Positions 11,228-21,498 of a stretch of DNA of 64,000 bases are shown piece by piece; within the stretch, counting starts at the first letter, position 1; each line of letters begins with the position of its first letter. This DNA is from an uncultured Bacillota bacterium (GTDB taxonomy: Bacteria; Bacillota_I; Bacilli_A; RF39; UBA660), in assembly GCA_946611635.1 (NCBI GenBank), contig CAMODW010000002.1, positions 2,726 through 66,725 on the forward strand. Reading direction: 5' to 3'. The notes under the pieces are model-generated. The model did not search any database, was not told the origin of the DNA, and saw only the letters and a program-made list of their open reading frames with translations. The position numbers and the translations under genes were made by a program.

Positions 11228-12544
11228 GTGATTAATATGTATAATGCACCTGCAAAGATAACTAAGAAGAAATTGATAGAGATTATTATTTTAATTTTGA
11301 TAATAATATGGGTTTTAATGTTTATGGTTAATTATTTTCGTTATACTCGAGATGAACCTCCTATTTTAGCGATTCATACTAAACATATTTGTGATGATGG
11401 GTTTGTTCATAGTTATTCTACACTTGGATATACTTATAGAAAATATGACAGTACTTCTACGAGATATACGGAGTTTGTACCATTTTGGATTGGAGTTAAA
11501 AAATGTCAACTAACTAATGGGTTACCAGTAACATATAAAGATTTTTCTATTCCTAATAATCCTAAGTTTGAACCTAATTATCGTGGATTGGTTTATTTTT
11601 ATACTAATAGAACAAATTTAATAGGGGCTTATAAATGTATTAATACTGAAGATAGTTGTACTTTGGCTACTTCTGGAGTAGATGAGTTTGATATTGATAA
11701 TAAAGATATTTTATTAGCCAGAAAAAAACCTGTTAATATGGCGGTTTTACATAGTAAATATGCTTTTGTAAATGATTCATTAGATAATGAAAAAGATAAG
11801 AAAAATGATCAATCTATTAAAACTATTTATTATTATGATATATTAAATAAAGTTATTTTAGATCGCTATTCAGATATTAAATTATCTACCTTTGATAGAT
11901 ATTCTTATGGTATAGGTGATAAAAATAACTATTATATAGTTAGAAACTATGATAATAGAAAATGGGGACTTGTTAATTTTAAAGAAGATGGAACTCGCGA
12001 AACAATATTGGATTTTGTTTATGACTCTATAAATTATAATAGCTCGACTGGTTTTTATATTTTGTGTAAAGATGGTAAATGGTCTGTTTATGATTTGGCT
12101 AAGAAAGAATATTTGATTAAGGATTCTGAAGAAGTTATTTATGATTTTTGGGAGAATTATAATATGTCTTATTATTATAAAACTGGTTATAAAGCTAAGC
12201 TAGAAACTGGTGAAGAATATTATGCTTTTGAAATACATAAATTAGATGGAAGCTATTTATTAGATGTTCCTAATGTGTCTTCGATTATACATTCTAAATA
12301 CTATATTATGTATTGGAAGTATGATGATAATACTATTCATTTTATGGACTATGTTCTTAATGATCGTGAAGAGCCTGTTAAATTATTCTTTAGAGAGCTT
12401 GATACTGAAAATAATCATTTTCATCCAGCTTTAGAATATGAATTGGAAGATAATGGTGAAGGTGGAGTTATTACCGTTTATGAAGGAAGAGAGTTAAAAT
12501 ATGGTCATACTATGTTCCATTTTAATGCCAAAAGATGGAAATAG
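11228..12544 (+). CDS. membrane-anchored protein with WG (KWG)-like repeats
   Basis: N-terminal TM segment. Repeated D/KWG motifs (KWGLVNFKEDG..., DGKWSVYDLAKKEY...) resemble WG-containing beta-repeats. Confidence 0.45.
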   Translation: MINMYNAPAKITKKKLIEIIILILIIIWVLMFMVNYFRYTRDEPPILAIHTKHICDDGFVHSYSTLGYTYRKYDSTSTRYTEFVPFWIGVKKCQLTNGLPVTYKDFSIPNNPKFEPNYRGLVYFYTNRTNLIGAYKCINTEDSCTLATSGVDEFDIDNKDILLARKKPVNMAVLHSKYAFVNDSLDNEKDKKNDQSIKTIYYYDILNKVILDRYSDIKLSTFDRYSYGIGDKNNYYIVRNYDNRKWGLVNFKEDGTRETILDFVYDSINYNSSTGFYILCKDGKWSVYDLAKKEYLIKDSEEVIYDFWENYNMSYYYKTGYKAKLETGEEYYAFEIHKLDGSYLLDVPNVSSIIHSKYYIMYWKYDDNTIHFMDYVLNDREEPVKLFFRELDTENNHFHPALEYELEDNGEGGVITVYEGRELKYGHTMFHFNAKRWK

Positions 12545-12547
12545 AAT

Positions 12548-12582
12548 TGACATCTATTTGAATTGATAGTATTATAATTTTA
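12548..12582 (+). promoter_or_regulatory. sigma-A type promoter for the T-box leader
   Basis: TTGACA at 12548, a spacer of about 17 nt, then a TATTATAAT -10 region. Confidence 0.5.
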
Positions 12583-12589
12583 GATTTCT

Positions 12590-12787
12590 TGTTGAAGGAG
12601 TAGTATATTTGGTACTTAATTAGAGAGGAATTTTAGTAGCTGAAAGAATTCTTAAGGGATAATATATGAAGAACACTTCAATTAATAGCAAGACGCTTTA
12701 TAGCGATAAAAATATTTGAGAGTACCTAGGTAAAGTAAGGTGGCACCGCGTAATTATACGTCCTTACATTATCTAGGTTTTTTATTT
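12590..12787 (+). promoter_or_regulatory. T-box riboswitch leader (probable His specifier CAC)
   Basis: Conserved T-box sequence AAGTAAGGTGGCACCGCG at 12733-12750. Terminator arms CCTAGGTAAAGTAAGG and CCTTACATTATCTAGG followed by T-rich tract, overlapping the T-box in the usual antiterminator arrangement. A GAACACTTC candidate specifier loop lies upstream. Confidence 0.75.
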
Positions 12788-12801
12788 TAAGGAGGCTTTA
12801 G

Positions 12802-13428
12802 ATGGATAAAATAATTAGTTTAGAAGATTATGAAAGAAAAGATACTTTTCTTATGTTTCATAATAGAGATAATCCTTTTCTTTTTTTAACTGTTAAACTT
12901 GATATTACAAATCTTATTAATTATTGTGAGGTTCATAAATATCATTATGCTACTATTAGCTATGTTATTTGTAAGACTATTAATGAAGTTGATAATTTTA
13001 AATATAGATTGGTTGATGGCAAGATTGCTTACTATGATAAAATTAATATTGGATATACGCAAAAAACTAATAACGATGTTGGATTTTTTCAAACGGAATA
13101 TATAGATGATTATGGTGAATATATTAAGGAGTATAAAAGAAGAGAAAGTGATTATAATAAAGGGTTAGAAGGAGTCGATTATGGACAAAAGCAAATATGG
13201 GTTTCTTGTGCTCCTTGGATGGATTTTACTAGCTTAGTAGTACCTTTTGATAAAAATATTACAATTCCACAATTTATATGGGGGAAATTCTTTAAAGAAG
13301 GGGAAAAAGTTTTTACTCATTTAATGATTATGGCTCATCATGGATTTGTTGATGGTCAACATATAGGAGATTTTGTTAATAAATTAGAAAAGAATATAGA
13401 AGGTTTTAATGTAGAAGGAGTTGAATGA
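12802..13428 (+). CDS. chloramphenicol acetyltransferase (CAT) family protein
   Basis: Alignable by eye to type-A CAT along its full length: KLDIT, VSCAPWMDFTSL, and the catalytic-region motif MAHHGFVDGQHIGDF (versus HHAVCDGFHVGRM in CAT). 208 aa. Confidence 0.75.
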   Translation: MDKIISLEDYERKDTFLMFHNRDNPFLFLTVKLDITNLINYCEVHKYHYATISYVICKTINEVDNFKYRLVDGKIAYYDKINIGYTQKTNNDVGFFQTEYIDDYGEYIKEYKRRESDYNKGLEGVDYGQKQIWVSCAPWMDFTSLVVPFDKNITIPQFIWGKFFKEGEKVFTHLMIMAHHGFVDGQHIGDFVNKLEKNIEGFNVEGVE

Positions 13429-13429
13429 T

Positions 13430-14698
13430 ATGATTACTAAACCTAAAGGAACTTATGATATTTATGGGATTGAAGCTAAGAAATGGCAGTATGTTTCATC
13501 TGTAGTAGATGAGATGATGGAAAGATATAATTATGGTTTTATAAGAACTCCTATTTTTGAAAATACTGAGGTTTTTCATCGTGGAGTTGGTGATACTACG
13601 GATATAGTTACTAAAGAAACTTATGATTTTGTTGATAGAGGTAAACGTAGTATGACTTTACGTCCTGAAGGAACTGCTGGAGTAGTTAGAAGTTTTATTG
13701 AAAATAAAATGTATGGAGATGCTATTCAACCTATAAAATTATATTATAATGGAACAATGTATAGGTATGAAAGGCCTCAATCAGGTAGAGATCGTGAACT
13801 TACGCAATTTGGTGTTGAAGTATTAGGTTCTTCTGATCCATCTATAGATGCAGAAGTTATAAGTATTCCTGTTAATATTTTTAAATTGTTGGGATTAAAA
13901 GGAGTAAAAGTAAATATTAATAGTCTTGGAGATAATGAATCTCGTAATAATTATAGAGATGCTTTAATTAAGTATTTTAAACCTAATATAAAGTGTTTGT
14001 GTGAAGATTGCCAAGAAAGATTAGAAAAGAATCCACTACGTATATTAGATTGTAAGGTGGATGCTGATAATGAGATATTAAAAAATGCTCCAGTTATGTT
14101 AGATTATTTAAATGAGGAGTCTAAGAATAGGTTTGAAGATGTTCAAAATTACTTAGATGTATTAGATATTGAGTATGAAGTTAATCCTAGAATAGTAAGA
14201 GGATTAGATTATTATTCTCATACTGTTTTTGAAATAGAAGCTACTGTTAAAGACTTTGGAGCAAATAATGTAATTGCTGCTGGTGGTAGATATGATGGAT
14301 TAGTAGCAAATTTAGGTGGTCCAGATACTCCTGGTATTGGATTTGCTTGCGGCATGGGGAGACTCGTTATGGCTTTAGATAAAGAGGGTATAGAATTACC
14401 TATTAGTGATGGTATTGACGCTTTTATTCTTTATGTTAATAAAACAGAAAAAGAGTATGCTATAGCTTTAACTCAAGATTTAAGATTGCAAGGATTTAGA
14501 GTTGAGACAGAATGGAATTCTAGAAATTTAAAAGGTCAATTTAAACAAGCTGATCGTCTTAAAGCTAAATATTTAGTTATATTAAATAGTGAAGATTTAG
14601 TTGAAGGTAAGATACAAGTAAAGAATAATTCTACTAAAGAAACAGAAATGATTAAAGAATCAGAAATAGATGATTATTTAGATTTAAATTTGAGGTGA
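13430..14698 (+). CDS. hisS: histidine--tRNA ligase (HisS)
   Basis: Class II aaRS motifs. The HisS N-terminus (KGTYDIYG...) follows a GAAGGAG ribosome-binding site. Ends with TGA. Confidence 0.9.
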   Translation: MITKPKGTYDIYGIEAKKWQYVSSVVDEMMERYNYGFIRTPIFENTEVFHRGVGDTTDIVTKETYDFVDRGKRSMTLRPEGTAGVVRSFIENKMYGDAIQPIKLYYNGTMYRYERPQSGRDRELTQFGVEVLGSSDPSIDAEVISIPVNIFKLLGLKGVKVNINSLGDNESRNNYRDALIKYFKPNIKCLCEDCQERLEKNPLRILDCKVDADNEILKNAPVMLDYLNEESKNRFEDVQNYLDVLDIEYEVNPRIVRGLDYYSHTVFEIEATVKDFGANNVIAAGGRYDGLVANLGGPDTPGIGFACGMGRLVMALDKEGIELPISDGIDAFILYVNKTEKEYAIALTQDLRLQGFRVETEWNSRNLKGQFKQADRLKAKYLVILNSEDLVEGKIQVKNNSTKETEMIKESEIDDYLDLNLR

Positions 14699-14703
14699 TA
14701 GAA

Positions 14704-16080
14704 ATGGATTTAGTTGATGTATTTAAAAAGGGAAATAGTATTATAGGTAATACTATTACTGTAGAAGGTTGGATTAGAAATCATAGAAAACAAAAAGAAT
14801 TTGGTTTTATTGATTTTAGTGATGGTACTTGTCAACAACATTTACAAATTGTTTATGATAAGGATTTATATAATTTTGATGAAGTTAATAAATTGTTAGT
14901 TGGATGTGCTTTAAGGGTTACAGGTATTCTTGTGGAAAGTCAGGGAGCTGGTCAAGATTTTGAGCTTAAAGCTACGATAGTTGAACTTCTTGGTGATTGT
15001 CCTGCTGATTATCCTCTTCAACCTAAAAGGCATACAAACGAATTTATGAGAAGCATTGCGTATTTAAGACCTAGAGCTAATTTATATCAAGCTGTTTTTA
15101 GAGTTAGAAGTGTTACTGCTCAAGCGATACATGAATACTTTCAAAGTAATAATTATTTGTATGTTCATACACCGTTAATTACTACTGCTGATTGTGAAGG
15201 ATCAGATCAAATGTTTAAGATAACAACTTTAGATTTTAATAAATTACCTAAAGATGGTAAGAAGGTTGATTTCTCTAAGGATTTATTTGGTAAATTAGCT
15301 TATATTACAGGTACTGGTCAGTTACATGGCGAAACTTTTGCTATGGCCTTTAAGAAAATATATACTTTTGGACCTACTTTTAGGACAGAAAACTCTAATA
15401 CTAAAACACATGCTAATGAATTTTGGATGATTGAACCAGAAATTGCATTTTGTGATTTAAATGGTTTAATGGATATTGAAGAAAGTATGTTAAAGTTTGT
15501 TGTTAAATATGTATTAGATAAATGTAAAGATGAAATAGATTTTTGCGATAAATTTGTAGAAAAAGGTCTTAGAGAGAAATTGGAAAAACTTGTTAATTCA
15601 GATTTTGCAAGAATCACTCATCATGATGCTGTAGATTTACTTAAGAAAGCTAAAGTTAAATGGGAATTTGAACCTAGTTATGAAGATGATATAGCTAAGG
15701 AACATGAAAAATATATAACTGAGTATTTTAATGGCCCTGTATTTATTACTGATTGGCCTAAAGACATTAAAGCTTGGTATATGAAAACAAATCCAGATGG
15801 TAAGACGGTTGCTGCTGTAGATTTAGAGGTCCCTGGAGCGGGAGAATTAATGGGTGGATCGCAAAGAGAAGATAATCTTGATATTCTTCATGAAAGAATG
15901 AAAGAAATGAATGTAAATGAAGAAGCTGTAGAGTGGTATGTAAATTTGAGAAAATATGGTGGATGTTATCATTCAGGATTCGGTATGGGATTTGAAAGAT
16001 TAATTATTTATTTAACAGGTGTTGAAAATATAAGAGATGTTATTCCTTATCCTAGAACACCTGGTAATTGTGAATATTAA
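14704..16080 (+). CDS. asnS: asparagine--tRNA ligase (AsnS)
   Basis: About 459 aa with an N-terminal OB anticodon-binding domain. FRTENSNTKTHANEFWMIEPEIAF matches the AsnS signature (FRAENS..RHL.EFWMIEPE). Confidence 0.85.
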   Translation: MDLVDVFKKGNSIIGNTITVEGWIRNHRKQKEFGFIDFSDGTCQQHLQIVYDKDLYNFDEVNKLLVGCALRVTGILVESQGAGQDFELKATIVELLGDCPADYPLQPKRHTNEFMRSIAYLRPRANLYQAVFRVRSVTAQAIHEYFQSNNYLYVHTPLITTADCEGSDQMFKITTLDFNKLPKDGKKVDFSKDLFGKLAYITGTGQLHGETFAMAFKKIYTFGPTFRTENSNTKTHANEFWMIEPEIAFCDLNGLMDIEESMLKFVVKYVLDKCKDEIDFCDKFVEKGLREKLEKLVNSDFARITHHDAVDLLKKAKVKWEFEPSYEDDIAKEHEKYITEYFNGPVFITDWPKDIKAWYMKTNPDGKTVAAVDLEVPGAGELMGGSQREDNLDILHERMKEMNVNEEAVEWYVNLRKYGGCYHSGFGMGFERLIIYLTGVENIRDVIPYPRTPGNCEY

Positions 16081-16129
16081 AAACTGTGAAGAGGAAAAGT
16101 AAAAATAAATACTTATATAAGTGAGCTAG

Positions 16130-16340
16130 GTATAGTGGGAACTAGTTGTAAGTTTATTTTGAAAGAACACCTTGGAGTTGGTTATCGAAAAGTTTAGACG
16201 TAGTAGATTAATTCAGGTACAGCCTGTTATAGCTGTAGAGCTTGTTAGAGCTTGTTGAGGTTACTAAATAGTAACGAAGTAAGGTGGCACCACGAATACC
16301 CGTATTCGTCCTTATTTAAGGATGAATACGGGTATTTTAT
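16130..16340 (+). promoter_or_regulatory. T-box riboswitch leader (probable Asp specifier GAC)
   Basis: T-box sequence AACGAAGTAAGGTGGCACCACG at 16273-16294. Near-perfect 20-bp terminator stem (AATACCCGTATTCGTCCTTA / AAGGATGAATACGGGTATT) followed by TTTTATTT. The GAC codon is available upstream in TTAGACGTAG. Confidence 0.75.
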
Positions 16341-16360
16341 TTAGAAAGGTGTTAAAAAAT

Positions 16361-18106
16361 ATGAAGGAAGTTTATAGAACAATATATTGTTCAAGTATTG
16401 ATGAAAGAGTAATAGGAGAAGAAGTAATAGTATCTGGTTGGGCTCAAAATATAAGAGACCATGGTGGTGTACTATTTTTAGATTTAAGAGATGAAACAGA
16501 TATATTACAAGTGGTAAGTAATGATGATAGTATATTTAAAGGTTTGAGTAAGGAAAGTGTTATTAGAGTTAAAGGTACAATAAGAAGTAGATCTGAAGAG
16601 ACCGTAAATACTAAAATAAAAACAGGTAAAGTAGAATTACTAATTGATGAATTAGAAATAATAAGTAAGTCTAAAAATGTTTTACCTTTTGATATACTTA
16701 GTTCTAAAAGTGTTAGAGAAGATGTTAGGCTAAAATATAGATATCTTGATATGAGAAATGGCTTAGTTAAAGATAAAATTAAATTAAGAAGTAAATTATT
16801 GCATTATATTAGAAATAAAATGTATGATTTAGATTTTATTGAAGTTCAGACACCAATTTTAACCGCTTCTTCACCAGAAGGTGCTAGAGATTTTGTTGTA
16901 CCTTCAAGATTATTTAAAGGTAAATTCTATGCTTTACCACAAGCTCCACAAATATATAAAGAATTATTAATGGTTGGAGGAATAGGTAAATACTTTCAAA
17001 TAGCTCCTTGTTTTAGAGATGAAGATGCTAGAAGTGATAGAACATTAGAATTTTATCAATTAGATTTAGAAATGAGTTTTGTTTCAGAAGAAGATGTATT
17101 AAAAATTGGTGAAGATATATTTTATGATATTTTTACTAAGTTTGGGAATAGAGAAGTTTCTAGTAAACCATTTAAAAGAATCAAATATATGGATAGTATG
17201 GAAATGTATGGAACTGATAAGCCGGATTTAAGAAACCCTTTAATAATAAAAGATGCTAGTAGTATACTTAAAGATAGTACTTTTAAACCATTTAAAGATA
17301 GTATTATTAAGGTAATAGTAGTAGATGATATTGGAGATAAAAGTAATAGTTGGTTTAATGAAATAGTAGATTATGCTAGCGAAATAGGTATGCCTGGGAT
17401 AGGTTATATTACATTACTTAGTGATGGAAGTTTAAAAGGACCAATAGATAAGTTTTTGTCGGATGAAGAAAGAAAAAATTTAATTAATAAGTTTGATATG
17501 AAAACTAATAGTGTAATGTTTTTTATAGCTAATAAAAGAATGGATATTGCTCGGAAGTATGCGGGATTAATTAGAACTAAATTAGGTTTAAAATGTGATT
17601 TGATTTGTAAAAGTAAATATGAATTTTGTATAATTAATGATTTTCCTTTATTTAGTTGGGATTATGATAAAAGAAAATGGGAATTTTGTCATAACCCATT
17701 TAGTTTACCACATAAGAAATATAATAAAGATAAAACTGAGGATATAGAGAGTATCTTAGCTTATCAATATGATTTTGTATGTAATGGTAATGAAATGGCT
17801 TCAGGTGCGATTAGAAACTATGATTTAGATAGTTTATTAGATGGATTTAAAGTTGTTGGTTATTCGGAAAAAGAAGTTAAGACTAAGTTTAAGTCAATAT
17901 TTACAGCTTTTAAATATGGTTGTCCTCCTCATGGAGGTATGGCTCCTGGTATAGATAGAATATTAATGTTACTTACTGATGAAGATAACTTAAGAGAAGT
18001 ACAAGCTTTTCCAACGAGTAGTAGTGGTGCTGATTTAATGATGGGATCACCTAGTGAAATATCAAATAATCAATTGCGTGAACTGGGTATTGAATTTAAG
18101 AATTAA
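16361..18106 (+). CDS. aspS: aspartate--tRNA ligase (AspS)
   Basis: QLDLEMSF motif and class II motifs. About 581 aa. The ORF track begins at 16322, inside the terminator, so the start was moved to MKEVY after GAAAGGTG. Confidence 0.9.
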   Translation: MKEVYRTIYCSSIDERVIGEEVIVSGWAQNIRDHGGVLFLDLRDETDILQVVSNDDSIFKGLSKESVIRVKGTIRSRSEETVNTKIKTGKVELLIDELEIISKSKNVLPFDILSSKSVREDVRLKYRYLDMRNGLVKDKIKLRSKLLHYIRNKMYDLDFIEVQTPILTASSPEGARDFVVPSRLFKGKFYALPQAPQIYKELLMVGGIGKYFQIAPCFRDEDARSDRTLEFYQLDLEMSFVSEEDVLKIGEDIFYDIFTKFGNREVSSKPFKRIKYMDSMEMYGTDKPDLRNPLIIKDASSILKDSTFKPFKDSIIKVIVVDDIGDKSNSWFNEIVDYASEIGMPGIGYITLLSDGSLKGPIDKFLSDEERKNLINKFDMKTNSVMFFIANKRMDIARKYAGLIRTKLGLKCDLICKSKYEFCIINDFPLFSWDYDKRKWEFCHNPFSLPHKKYNKDKTEDIESILAYQYDFVCNGNEMASGAIRNYDLDSLLDGFKVVGYSEKEVKTKFKSIFTAFKYGCPPHGGMAPGIDRILMLLTDEDNLREVQAFPTSSSGADLMMGSPSEISNNQLRELGIEFKN

Positions 18107-18195
18107 ATATATTTATGCTAATTATAGTTTAGTTATGTAGTGTATTTTTTCTTGATATGGTTTATAATATGAGAGGAATTAAATGAGGTGATGTA

Positions 18196-18501
18196 ATGGG
18201 TAAATTTACAAAAGAAATGATTGATGATTATGCAGATAAATTACTTATAGGTCTAACTCCAGAAGAGAATAAAATGGTATTAGATGAATTCGATGAAATT
18301 GATGCAAATATTGATTTAATAAATGAAATTAAAGACATTGATAAAGTTGAACCAATGACGCATTGTTTGGATGAATTCTATGTTACATTTAGAGAAGATG
18401 TACCTGAAGAAAGTGTACCTATAGAGGATTTATTACGAAATTGTGATGATACTGAAGATAGGGAAATTGTTGTTCCTCGTGTAGTAGGAGGTGAAGAATA
18501 A
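18196..18501 (+). CDS. gatC: Asp/Glu-tRNA amidotransferase subunit C (GatC)
   Basis: About 100 aa, LIGLTPEENKMV-type motif. Immediately precedes gatA. Confidence 0.8.
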   Translation: MGKFTKEMIDDYADKLLIGLTPEENKMVLDEFDEIDANIDLINEIKDIDKVEPMTHCLDEFYVTFREDVPEESVPIEDLLRNCDDTEDREIVVPRVVGGEE

Positions 18502-19964
18502 TGTCATATATGGATAAGAGTATCGAAGAATTACATGAGTTACTTATTTCAGGAAAAGTAACTAGTGATGAACTGGTTAAGGAATCTTTAGAGAAAAGTC
18601 ATGAAGTACAAGAGAAATGTAATGCTTTTGTCACTATTTTAGATGATTCTAAGGGAGGAGAAGTAACTGATAATCTTCTTTCTGGTATACCATATGGATT
18701 AAAAGATAATTATTCTACTAAAGATATCTTAAGTACGGGAGGATCTAATACTTTAAAAGATTATGTACCTTTCTTTGATGCTACGGCAGTTATAAAATTA
18801 AATGAAGCAGGAGCTGTAAAAGTTAATAAGACAGCTATGGATGAATTTGGGATGGGAGGTACTGGTACTACTGGTCATACAGGTATTCAAAAAAATCCTT
18901 GGGATACTACAAGGTCATGCGCCGGGTCTTCTTCTGGTTCTGCAGCAGCAGTTGCTGCTGGAGTATATCCATTTGCTACTGCTTCGGATACTGGAGATTC
19001 TATTCGTAAACCAGCTGCTTATTGTGGTATAGTTGGTTATAAACCTACTTATGGTATGATTTCTAGATATGGCTTATTTCCTTTTGCTTCTTCTTTAGAT
19101 ACATTAGGAGTTTTAACTCGTAATGTTCGTGATGCTGCTATAGTTATTGATGCTATGAAGGGCAAAGATATAAATGATATGACTTCTTGGGATTCTAAAG
19201 ATATCCATTTATTAGATTCTTTAGATGGTAAAGTTAAAGGTAAGAAGATATGTTATGTTAAAGAAATATGTGATATAGAGAATTATCCGAATGCGACAAA
19301 AGAATTAAAAGAACATTTAGAGAACTTCCATAAAACATTAGACATAGCAAAAAAACTTGGTATGAAGGTTGAAGAAGTTTCTGTTGATAGAACCCTTTTA
19401 AACGCTTCTTATAGTGTTTATAGAGTTATTCATAGTGCTGAAGCTACTTCTAATATGTCTAATTTAACAGGTATAATATTTGGACCTAGAGGTGAAGGAG
19501 ATAATTATATTAGTATGATGAAGGATCATCGTACTAAAGGATTTAGTCCTTTAATTAAAAGACGTTTTGTTATTGGTTCTTATGTATTACAAAAAGAAAA
19601 TCAAGAGAGATATTTTAAAAATGCGCAGAGAGTAAGAAGACTAATCGTTGATACATGGAAAGAATTATATAATAAGTATGATGCGGTACTTTGTCCGGTA
19701 GGAATTGGTCCTGCTAAGAAATTTGAAGATTTAGATAAACCGTTAGATATTAATACTATGACTTTAGATGAACATTTACAAGTAGGTAATTTTGGAGGAT
19801 TTCCTTCAATTACTATTCCTGATGGCTTTGTAAGCAATCTACCAGTTGGTATTAATATTACTGGTAATTGCTATGATGATGAAAATGTACTTAATATAGC
19901 TTATGCTTTGGAAGGTGCTATGGAATATAAGAATCAAATAGCTAGGGAGGTAAAACATGACTAA
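18501..19964 (+). CDS. gatA: Asp/Glu-tRNA amidotransferase subunit A (GatA)
   Basis: Amidase signature region (GGSSGGSAAAVAAG...SDTGDSIRKPA). 487 aa. Confidence 0.9.
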   Translation: MSYMDKSIEELHELLISGKVTSDELVKESLEKSHEVQEKCNAFVTILDDSKGGEVTDNLLSGIPYGLKDNYSTKDILSTGGSNTLKDYVPFFDATAVIKLNEAGAVKVNKTAMDEFGMGGTGTTGHTGIQKNPWDTTRSCAGSSSGSAAAVAAGVYPFATASDTGDSIRKPAAYCGIVGYKPTYGMISRYGLFPFASSLDTLGVLTRNVRDAAIVIDAMKGKDINDMTSWDSKDIHLLDSLDGKVKGKKICYVKEICDIENYPNATKELKEHLENFHKTLDIAKKLGMKVEEVSVDRTLLNASYSVYRVIHSAEATSNMSNLTGIIFGPRGEGDNYISMMKDHRTKGFSPLIKRRFVIGSYVLQKENQERYFKNAQRVRRLIVDTWKELYNKYDAVLCPVGIGPAKKFEDLDKPLDINTMTLDEHLQVGNFGGFPSITIPDGFVSNLPVGINITGNCYDDENVLNIAYALEGAMEYKNQIAREVKHD

Positions 19965-21420
19965 ATATATAGCTAAAATAGGTCTAGAGATGCACTGTGA
20001 AATGAGCGAAACTAAATCTAAGGTTTTTAGTTCGGCTAAAAATGAATATTCTGAAATACCAAATAGTAATGTTAGACCTCTTGATATGGGTTTCCCTGGT
20101 ACGTTGCCTGTAGTTAATAAAGAAGCTGTAAGACTTTCTTTAATGGCTAGTCTGATATTAAATTGTCGTCAACCTGAATATATGTATTTTGAAAGAAAGA
20201 ATTATTATTATCCAGATATGCCTAAAAATTATCAAATTACTCAAAATCCACCTGAAGATTGTGTTGGTATGGATGGTTATGTAGATGTCGAAAGAAATGA
20301 TGGGTCAATATTTAGAGTAGGTATTGATAATATTCATTTGGAAGAGGATGCTGCATCACTTGATCACTTTTATTCAACTTCTAATATTGATTATAATAGA
20401 GCTGGCGTTCCACTTCTTGAACTAGTAACACAACCTGATCTTCATAGTGCTGAAGAAGCAGTTCTATTTTTGGAACATATGAGAAGTGTTTACCAATATG
20501 CAGGAATTTCTGAAGCTGATAGCAAAAAAGGACAAATAAGATGTGATGTTAATGTTTCTATTATGGATGCTTCGTTAGATGAAAATGATCCTAATAATTG
20601 GGGTATAAAAGTTGAAGTTAAAAATGTCAATTCATTTGGTGGAGTTAGAGATGCTATTAATTATGAAATAAAAAGACAAACAGAAGCTAAAGAGAATGGA
20701 ACATATGATCAAGAAATAGAACAAGAAACTAGAAGATGGGATGAAGATTCACAAGCTACTATTCATATGAGAAGTAAAGTGGATGCAATAGATTATAAAT
20801 ACTTTGTAGAACCTAATATACCTAAGATTAAATTAGATAAAAAATGGTTAGATGAGATAAGAGAATCTATTCCAGAGCTAGCTATGGATCGTAAAAAGAA
20901 ATATATTAATGATTTTAATTTAAGTAATTATGATGCTGGTGTTTTGGTTAAAGAAAAAGCTATATCTGATTATTTTGAAGAATGTGTTAAAGTTGGCATA
21001 GATTCTAAAATTGCAAGTAATTGGGTTACTGTTAATATAGTAGGTGAATTAAATAAAGAAGGTATTACTATTAATGATTTTTATTTAACACCAGAGATGT
21101 TAAAACAAATTATTGATGGAATAAATAGTGGTATGTTATCTTCTAAACAAGCTAAAGAGGTATTTAGTAAGTCTCTAGAAGAGAAAAAAGAACCTAAAAA
21201 CTATATTTCTAAGGATAATGCTCAGATTAGTGATGAAAAAGAACTTACGGATTTAATTATTAAAATATTAGATGAAAATCCTAGCCAGATTGAATTATAT
21301 AAAGGCGGTAGAGATAATTTATTTGATTATTTTGTTGGTCAAGTAATGAAAAATACAAGAGGAAAAGCTAATCCAGTTATGACTAAAGACATTTTACATA
21401 GAGAGCTTGATAAAAGATGA
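19957..21420 (+). CDS. gatB: Asp/Glu-tRNA amidotransferase subunit B (GatB)
   Basis: The N-terminus IGLEMHCEM... is typical of GatB. 487 aa. Overlaps gatA by 8 nt. Confidence 0.9.
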   Translation: MTKYIAKIGLEMHCEMSETKSKVFSSAKNEYSEIPNSNVRPLDMGFPGTLPVVNKEAVRLSLMASLILNCRQPEYMYFERKNYYYPDMPKNYQITQNPPEDCVGMDGYVDVERNDGSIFRVGIDNIHLEEDAASLDHFYSTSNIDYNRAGVPLLELVTQPDLHSAEEAVLFLEHMRSVYQYAGISEADSKKGQIRCDVNVSIMDASLDENDPNNWGIKVEVKNVNSFGGVRDAINYEIKRQTEAKENGTYDQEIEQETRRWDEDSQATIHMRSKVDAIDYKYFVEPNIPKIKLDKKWLDEIRESIPELAMDRKKKYINDFNLSNYDAGVLVKEKAISDYFEECVKVGIDSKIASNWVTVNIVGELNKEGITINDFYLTPEMLKQIIDGINSGMLSSKQAKEVFSKSLEEKKEPKNYISKDNAQISDEKELTDLIIKILDENPSQIELYKGGRDNLFDYFVGQVMKNTRGKANPVMTKDILHRELDKR

Positions 21421-21427
21421 TAATAAT

Positions 21428-21456
21428 GTCAGTATGATATATACTGACTTTTTATT
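21428..21456 (+). terminator. rho-independent terminator after gatB
   Basis: Hairpin GTCAGTATgatatATACTGAC followed by TTTTTATTTT. Confidence 0.6.
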
Positions 21457-21498
21457 TTGTATTAAAAGTGATATAATGTTTTGGAAACTGGTGATTTT

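Noticed and set aside
16322-16360. Upstream extension of aspS to 16322
   Set aside because: The extension lies inside the T-box terminator stem. The ATG at 16361 has a GAAAGGTG ribosome-binding site at the correct spacing.
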